64,000 bases of DNA from an uncultured Intrasporangiaceae bacterium (lineage in GTDB: Bacteria > Actinomycetota > Actinomycetes > Actinomycetales > Dermatophilaceae), in NCBI GenBank assembly GCA_964647395.1, contig CAZYHR010000002.1:5601-69600 (forward strand). The letters run 5' to 3'. The translations under genes were made by a program, and so were the position numbers. Numbering within the stretch: position 1 is the first letter of the stretch; each line of letters begins with the position of its first letter. This document shows, piece by piece, positions 58,379-64,000 of the stretch. Under the pieces are notes generated by a model. That model was not told the origin of the DNA. It searched no databases and saw nothing but the letters and a program-made list of their open reading frames with translations.

Positions 58379-58524
58379 GTCCACCGCAACCGGTTTTCCC
58401 TTCTCGGCCCCGCCCGGCCAGGCGGCAGGAAGTATCACCAAAGGGGTGCGCCGCTCCTCCCACTCGCGAGACAGTGGACCCGTCGCCGTCCCACCGTCAG
58501 CGTGGACTCTCCCAAGGAGGCGCC

Positions 58525-61500
58525 GTGCCCGAGAAGCGACTTGCCCGTGGCAGCCTGCGAGTCAACTACCCCGACTCGCACACCATGTCCCGCGACCGGC
58601 CGGGGTCGCAGGAGCGCGGGCTGGAGGGCGACCTCGTCCACGGTGCCCTGCTGGAAGCGTTGCGGGACACCGGGTTCCAGGACGTCGAGGAGATCTCGCT
58701 CAAACCCAAGCGGACTCGCGGCCTCGACCCGTCAGGCGGCGCCGGCAAACCGCTCACGCTCGACCTGGACGTCGCCGCCGGGGAGGACGCGGTCGTGCTG
58801 GTGGAGCAGGACGGCTGCTACTCGTGGCATCTGCCCAAGAGCGCGACGACCAGGACCCGCCGGCTGCCGGGGGAGGCGCACACGGCGTCGTTCGAGATCC
58901 CGTTGCGGGCCGCCGCCCCGACCCGCCCGCGGGGGCGCGGCGGCGGCCGGGCCGGCGCGATCCGGACCCGCGGCCTGGTCGGCGACCTGGTCGGTGGGGC
59001 GGTGCGGGCGCTGGTGCTCAAGTTCGCCGCGCCCGTGCTCGTCGGCAAGGCGATCGACTTCCTCGAGCGGCACGTCGAGCCCGGACTGGTGCACATCGCG
59101 GGCGTCGACCCCGCCACCTGGACGCGGGTCGACCGGCTCGAGCAACTCCCGCTGCCGACCGGCCGACCGCTGCGGATCCTGCTGTTCGTCCACGGCACGT
59201 TCTCCTCGACCGTCGGGGCGTTCGGGACCCTCGGTGTCGTCGGCGCCGGGCCCGACTTCCTGCGCGCGGCGGTGGACCGCTACGACGCGGTCGTCGGCTT
59301 CGACCACCCGACCCTGTCGGTCGACCCGCTGGCCAACGCGACCGACCTGCTGCAGCGGGTCCGCGGGGTCACCGGTGGGGTGACCTTCGACGTCGTGTGC
59401 CACAGCCGGGGCGGGCTGACCACCCGATCCTTCGCGGAATACGTGCTGCCCCCGTCCGGCTGGGACGGGCGGGTCGGCACCGCCGTCTTCGTCGCGGCGA
59501 CGAACAACGGCACCCACCTGGCCGACCCGCAACGCTGGAACGACCTCATCGACCTGACGACCAACCTCGCGGCGGTCGGCGCGGGCGCGCTGGTCGCGGT
59601 GCCCGGAGCCGGGCCGGTGCTGGCCGGGGTGGCCGGCGCCCTCAAGGGCCTCGGGGCGCTGGTCAAGTACCTCGCGGCCTACCTGTTCACCGAGGGCGGC
59701 GTGCCCGGCCTCGCGGCGATGACCCCGGGCGGCGCGTTCGTCACGGGGATCAACCAGACCCAGCCGGGACAGCCCGGGCCCGGCGCCGCGTGGCACGTCG
59801 TGCAGTCCAACTTCCACGTCACCCTGCTGGACGACAGCCACCGGCCGCCGCAGTTCCCCAAGGAACTCGCGGTGCGCCTGGCCGAGGGTCTGGTCGATCA
59901 GGTCTTCAAGGGCGACAACGACCTGGTTGTCGACTGCGCGTCCATGGGCTCGATCGACGCGGCGGCCGGCGGCGGATTCGTCGCCAGCACCTACGACTTC
60001 GGCACCAACGACGTCGTCTATCACGGCAACTACTTCGACCAGGCCGACTTCGTCGGCGCGCTGGGCGACATGCTGTTCGGCGGCGAGGCGACGGCGGCAC
60101 CGACGATCGACCGCGGGGACTTCGATCTGCCCACCCCGGTCACCCCGGCCGGCTCGCCCCCGGAGTCGACGCCGGACGAGGTCGACCCGGGCCGGCGCAG
60201 GCCCGCCAAGGGTGGCGGCGCGGGCGGGGTCCGGTCGCGCGGCATCACCTGGGCCGGGGCGGCCGACCAGCCGGTGACCACCACTGCGGGCGACTTCGCC
60301 GACCCGGGTGAGCCGGCGACCGCCGGGGCCGACCCCGATGAGCCGGTGACCGGCACCGCCGACGAGCCGGTCACTGCTGCCGCCGACGAGCCGGCGCAGG
60401 CCCATCTACTCGCCGAGATGCCCGATCGTCCGGTCGTGGGCCGGCCGGCCTCGCTGCGAGTGGCCTTGTCCCGCAAGGAGATCGCCTCGGTGGTGAGCGC
60501 CCCCGCGACGGGCCGGGCGACGATCATGGGGATGCCCGGCCGGGTCCTCGACGTCCGGGTGCTGCCGAAGAAGAACTGCTCGATCCAGGGCGACGACGAG
60601 GGCTCCTTCACGCTGCCCACCGGCAGCGGCACCTCCGAGCTGCGCTTCGACGTGGTGCCCCGGGACGCCGGGCCGCTCGTCGTCACGGTCCTCGTCGAGG
60701 CCGGTGGCTATCCGCTGGCCCGGCTCACCGTGCAGGCGACAGCCACCGCGAAGGCACCGAAGGCCGGCGGGCGGACCTCGGCGCGGGCGACCGCGGTGGC
60801 CGACCCGGCCGCGGACGCCCCGGGCCTGGCGTCGGCGCTGTGGCTGCAGATCGAGCCGGTCGAACGCGACCAGGGCACCACCTTCGTCTACACGGTCAAG
60901 TCCGAGAAGCTGGGCCTGCTCGAGCGATTCGAGTCCGCGCCGCTCAAGGACATCGAGGGCTTCGTCGTCGAGCTGTTCCGCGACCTGAGCCGGTCCTTCG
61001 ACGACCACGGCACCGGCAAGGCCTTCGTCACGGCGCTGCAGGACCGTGGGGCGCAGCTGTTCGACGAGCTGTTCCCGGAACCGCTGCGGGCGCTGCTGTG
61101 GCAGCACCGGGCCGAACTGGGCCAGATCTGGCTGCTCGCCGACGAGCCCTACCTGCCGTGGGAACTCGTGCACCTCAAGCCCGCGAAGGGGCGCCGGCCA
61201 CGCACGCCGTGGTTCCTCGGCCAGCTCGGGCTGGTGCGCTCGCAGTACGGCGCCTTCCCGCCCCGGGTGCTGTTGGCCCGGCCGGGCCGGGTGCGGTCGC
61301 TGTGCCCGGACTACCTGGATTCCCGGTGGCGGCTGGAGGAGTCCGCGGCCGAGGCGGCATACCTCAAGGATCGGTTCGGCGCCGAGCCGGTCGCCGCGAC
61401 CGAGCGTGACGTGCTGGCCCTGCTGCGCAAGGGCGACTTCGACCTGCTGCACTTCTCCGGTCACGGCCTGTGCGATCCCGGCGACGTCGCCTCGGCCAAG

Positions 61501-61905
61501 ATCATGCTCGCCGGCCGCAAGGGCCGCGGCGGCGCGGTCACCCCGCAGTATCTGTCGGCCACCACGGTGAGCCAGAACGTCGACTACACCAAGAGCGAGA
61601 ACCGGCCGGTCGTCGTGCTCAACGCCTGCCAGACCGCCCGGGGCGGCCAGCAGCTGTCCAGCCTGGGCGGCTTCGCCCGCGCCTTCCTCGAGGCCGGTGC
61701 CGGGGCCTACGTGTCGACCCTGTGGTCGGTGCGCCAGGAGCCGGCCCGCGACTTCGTCGAGACCTTCTACGACCGGCTGCTCGGCGGAGCCACGGTCGGC
61801 GAGGCGTCGGTGGCCGCGCGTGAGGCGGCGCGGGCTGCCGGGGATGCCTCGTGGCTGGCCTACGCCGTCTACGCCAGGCCCGACGCGATCCTGCAGACGA
61901 CCTGA
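58525..61905 (+). CDS. Multidomain protein: unknown N-terminal domain + lipase-like alpha/beta-hydrolase + acidic linker/beta-sandwich + C-terminal CHAT (caspase-fold) protease
   Basis: GTG 58525 is preceded by AAGGAGG. Hydrolase motifs are ILLFVHGTFSS, VVCHSRGG (Ser codon 59404), GDNDLVVD (59920) and VVYHGNYF (60022). CHAT motifs are DLLHFSGHG (His codon 61462) and VVVLNACQTARG (Cys codon 61627). The ORF-track 5' part (57976-58524) is antisense to the kinase. Confidence 0.8.
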   Translation: MPEKRLARGSLRVNYPDSHTMSRDRPGSQERGLEGDLVHGALLEALRDTGFQDVEEISLKPKRTRGLDPSGGAGKPLTLDLDVAAGEDAVVLVEQDGCYSWHLPKSATTRTRRLPGEAHTASFEIPLRAAAPTRPRGRGGGRAGAIRTRGLVGDLVGGAVRALVLKFAAPVLVGKAIDFLERHVEPGLVHIAGVDPATWTRVDRLEQLPLPTGRPLRILLFVHGTFSSTVGAFGTLGVVGAGPDFLRAAVDRYDAVVGFDHPTLSVDPLANATDLLQRVRGVTGGVTFDVVCHSRGGLTTRSFAEYVLPPSGWDGRVGTAVFVAATNNGTHLADPQRWNDLIDLTTNLAAVGAGALVAVPGAGPVLAGVAGALKGLGALVKYLAAYLFTEGGVPGLAAMTPGGAFVTGINQTQPGQPGPGAAWHVVQSNFHVTLLDDSHRPPQFPKELAVRLAEGLVDQVFKGDNDLVVDCASMGSIDAAAGGGFVASTYDFGTNDVVYHGNYFDQADFVGALGDMLFGGEATAAPTIDRGDFDLPTPVTPAGSPPESTPDEVDPGRRRPAKGGGAGGVRSRGITWAGAADQPVTTTAGDFADPGEPATAGADPDEPVTGTADEPVTAAADEPAQAHLLAEMPDRPVVGRPASLRVALSRKEIASVVSAPATGRATIMGMPGRVLDVRVLPKKNCSIQGDDEGSFTLPTGSGTSELRFDVVPRDAGPLVVTVLVEAGGYPLARLTVQATATAKAPKAGGRTSARATAVADPAADAPGLASALWLQIEPVERDQGTTFVYTVKSEKLGLLERFESAPLKDIEGFVVELFRDLSRSFDDHGTGKAFVTALQDRGAQLFDELFPEPLRALLWQHRAELGQIWLLADEPYLPWELVHLKPAKGRRPRTPWFLGQLGLVRSQYGAFPPRVLLARPGRVRSLCPDYLDSRWRLEESAAEAAYLKDRFGAEPVAATERDVLALLRKGDFDLLHFSGHGLCDPGDVASAKIMLAGRKGRGGAVTPQYLSATTVSQNVDYTKSENRPVVVLNACQTARGGQQLSSLGGFARAFLEAGAGAYVSTLWSVRQEPARDFVETFYDRLLGGATVGEASVAAREAARAAGDASWLAYAVYARPDAILQTT

Positions 61906-61947
61906 AAACCCTTACCCCCCAAGACGATCGACAGGAGTTGCGGCATC

Positions 61948-62778
61948 ATGGCCAAGCGTGCGGTGTGCGTCGGGATCAACGAGTTCGCCAACCTGCCCCG
62001 GGCCGACTGGCTCTATGGCTGCGTCAACGACGCCCAGGACATGTCGGCGATGCTGCGCAAGCGCGGGTTCCCCACCAAGGCCATCACCGTGCTCACCGAC
62101 TCGGCGGCCACCAAGGCGGCGATCATGGCGGCCCTGGACGCGATGGTGGCCGGCGCCCAGGCCGGTGACCAGCTGGTCTTCTCGCTGTCCTCGCACGGCA
62201 CCCAGGTGCCGGACACCAGCGGTGACGAGGTCGACCGGGCCGACGAGTGCTTCGTCTGCTACGACATCCGCCAGGAGGGTGGCCAGTGGTCACCCGACAC
62301 CGTCATCCTCGACGACGAACTGCGCGACCTGTTCGCCCGGGTGCCCAAGGGGGTGGTCCTGGAGGTCTTCCTGGACACCTGCCACTCGGGCACCGGGTTG
62401 AAGTCGGAGGACCTGCTCTCGGGGCGCCGGCCCCGCTTCCTGCCGCCGCCGACGGTGCGCGGGCTGCGGGCGGTCGCCGGCGCGGCCGCGAGCCGCACCG
62501 TCACGGACGCGGTCAAGGGCCTGCCGGCGGCCAACCGCCCGATCCTCTACGCCGGCTGCCGGTCCGACCAGACCTCGGCCGACGCGACCTTCGAGGGCCG
62601 GTCCAACGGCGCGTTCACCTACTACCTGCTCCAGGCGCTGGCCCAGGACGCCACCCGGCCGCGCAGCGAGATCCACCAGGCGCTGACCGCCAGCCTGCGG
62701 GCGGCGGAGTTCTCCCAGCGCCCGACCCTCGAGGCCGCGCCGAAGGCGAAGAAGACGCCGGTCGGCGAGCCCTGGTGA
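61948..62778 (+). CDS. Caspase family (peptidase C14, metacaspase-like) protein
   Basis: It has AVCVGINEF, the His motif LVFSLSSHGTQ (codon 62194) and the Cys motif FLDTCHSGTG (codon 62380). SD CAGGAG is present, 42 nt after the CHAT gene stop. Confidence 0.85.
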   Translation: MAKRAVCVGINEFANLPRADWLYGCVNDAQDMSAMLRKRGFPTKAITVLTDSAATKAAIMAALDAMVAGAQAGDQLVFSLSSHGTQVPDTSGDEVDRADECFVCYDIRQEGGQWSPDTVILDDELRDLFARVPKGVVLEVFLDTCHSGTGLKSEDLLSGRRPRFLPPPTVRGLRAVAGAAASRTVTDAVKGLPAANRPILYAGCRSDQTSADATFEGRSNGAFTYYLLQALAQDATRPRSEIHQALTASLRAAEFSQRPTLEAAPKAKKTPVGEPW

Positions 62779-62820
62779 GCCGCCCACCGCGGCGCCCGGT
62801 CCGGTGATCCGGGGCGGCCG

Positions 62821-62841
62821 GGCACCCGCGGCCCGGGTGCC
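62821..62841. terminator. Short hairpin GGCACCCG-CGGCC-CGGGTGCC between convergent genes
   Basis: It has an 8-bp stem and lies between the caspase stop (62778) and the ABC transporter stop (62863). Confidence 0.35.
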
Positions 62842-62862
62842 TCCGCACCCGAGCGGCGGGGA

Positions 62863-64000
62863 TCAGCCGGCCAGGTGACCCCACGCGGGGGCCAGCGCCG
62901 ACCAGGGACCGACGGCGGCCACCCGGCCCTCTTCGAGGACGACCACCCGGTCGGCCCGAGCCAGTGCGGCGCGCTTGGACGTGGCGCCCACGACGGTGGC
63001 CGACCGCTCGCGCAAGGCGTGCCACAGCTCGATCTCGGTGCGGGCGTCGAGGGCGCTGGACACGTCGTCGGCGAGCAGCAGCTCGGCGTCGGCGGCCAGG
63101 GCCCGGGCCAGCGCCAGCCGCTGCACCTGGCCGCCGGACAATCGCACGCCGCGGTGCCCGACCAGCGCCGTGGCGCCACCGGCCGACTCGACGTCGAGCT
63201 GCAGCCGGGCATCGGAGACCGGCCCGGCGAAGTCGCGGCCGAAACCGAGCTGGACGTTCTCGGCGAAGGTGCCGGAGAGCACCCGCGGCACCTGAGCGAC
63301 ATAGGCCACCTGCCCGGGGCGCAGGAACACCTCGGCGTCGTCGACCTCGGTGTCGTTCCAGCGCAGCGATCCGGTGTAGTCGGTGAGGCCGGCCAGGGTG
63401 CGCAGCAGTGTCGACTTGCCCGAGCCCACCTGCCCGAGCAGCAACACGAGCTCGCCGCGCTCGATCGTCAGGTCGACGTCCTCCAGGCCGATCGTGCCGT
63501 CCTCGTGCACCGCGGTGAGGGTGGTGAGGCAGAGCCGTTGCAGCGGCACCCGATCGACCTCGGGCGGCGGTGGCGCGGCCCCGGTGAGCAGGTCGACGCC
63601 CGGGGGCAGGTGCATGAGGTCGACTCCACCGGCCATCCGGCTGGTCGCCGTCTGCCAGGACCGGGTGCCCGGCGCCTCGGTGACCACCGCGCTCGCCACC
63701 CGCCCGAACCATTCGAAGCCGTTGACCGCGTTGACGACGAGCAGGGCGGTGGCCAGGCCCCACAGGTCGGCGAGCACGGCGGCCCAGGCCGCGACGGCGC
63801 CGACCCGGACCATGACACCGGGGACCCCCTCGAGCACGGCCTGCACCCGGTGCTCGCGGACCGCCGCTTCGACCCGGCCATGGTCGACCCGGCGCAGATG
63901 CCGGGCGGCCTCGGGCGTGCCGGCGGCCAGCTTGACCGTCTGGGCCGACTCGAGCGTGGACACCAGGGCCCGGCCGAAACGCGCCCGCGCCGCCGCTGCC
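62863..64000 (-). CDS. ABC transporter, fused permease/ATP-binding protein (exporter type), 5' end outside window
   Basis: The C-terminal NBD has Walker A GQVGSGKST, signature LSGGQVQRLALARAL and Walker B LLLADDVSSALD. The upstream part looks like TM helices and runs off the window. Confidence 0.8.
   Translation of the reverse strand, partial: AAAARARFGRALVSTLESAQTVKLAAGTPEAARHLRRVDHGRVEAAVREHRVQAVLEGVPGVMVRVGAVAAWAAVLADLWGLATALLVVNAVNGFEWFGRVASAVVTEAPGTRSWQTATSRMAGGVDLMHLPPGVDLLTGAAPPPPEVDRVPLQRLCLTTLTAVHEDGTIGLEDVDLTIERGELVLLLGQVGSGKSTLLRTLAGLTDYTGSLRWNDTEVDDAEVFLRPGQVAYVAQVPRVLSGTFAENVQLGFGRDFAGPVSDARLQLDVESAGGATALVGHRGVRLSGGQVQRLALARALAADAELLLADDVSSALDARTEIELWHALRERSATVVGATSKRAALARADRVVVLEEGRVAAVGPWSALAPAWGHLAG

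Noticed and set aside
57976-58524. An N-terminal 183-aa extension of the CHAT-fusion ORF (ORF-track start 57976).
   Set aside because: This part is antisense to the RIO-kinase gene and has Arg/Ser/Pro-rich composition. A GTG with an AAGGAGG SD at 58525 lies in the true intergenic region.
58242-62862. A gasdermin-like pore former, STAND/NACHT NTPase, TIR, CRISPR array or cyclic-nucleotide synthase next to the CHAT/caspase genes.
   Set aside because: I looked for additional ORFs in all frames around the pair. Only GC-artefact ORFs are present and there are no repeat-spacer arrays. The module therefore cannot be assigned to a known gasdermin, Craspase or CBASS-type architecture.

Overview
This is a 64-kb window from a very GC-rich actinobacterial chromosome, with codon third positions almost all G/C. 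I saw no rRNA, tRNA, CRISPR array, transposase or integrase. The backbone is collinear with the conserved actinobacterial region known from M. tuberculosis Rv1170-Rv1232c: opp ABC genes, mshB, fdxA-dapC, gltA, dapD ... dapE, LOG, tag, DUF3117, O-methyltransferase, sigE-rseA-htrA-tatB, mrp, DUF1003 and an MgtE-like gene.

Two accessory blocks interrupt this backbone.

(1) About 30 kb lies between dapD and dapE (about 11.6-41.4 kb). It carries:
- a TetR regulator;
- paaH-paaF-paaG-like genes, an alpha/beta hydrolase and an acyl-CoA ligase;
- a five-gene operon of four paralogous phasin-like proteins plus an XRE regulator;
- paaZ;
- a storage-lipid operon (EthD, alcohol dehydrogenase, PhaZ-like hydrolase, PhaC, WS/DGAT);
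- paaABCDE-paaJ-paaK, an SDR reductase and a DUF485/solute-symporter pair.

(2) At the right end (about 53.9-62.8 kb) are two malyl-CoA-lyase/CitE-like genes, a hypothetical gene, a PLDc_N membrane protein and a RIO-type kinase. The most unusual locus follows: a 1126-aa fusion of a lipase-like alpha/beta-hydrolase with a C-terminal CHAT (caspase-fold) protease, then a stand-alone C14 caspase. I rank this as a candidate uncharacterised conflict or cell-death module.

Other signals worth a second look:
- a recurrent GAACGTTC / AACG-N2-CGTT palindrome in the TetR and paa control regions;
- several short tandem duplications in intergenic DNA;
- a strongly over-represented GCGGCATACC/GGTATGCCGC word that also forms the arms of intergenic hairpins.

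All calls rest on reading the translated ORFs and the DNA by eye. No database search was run.
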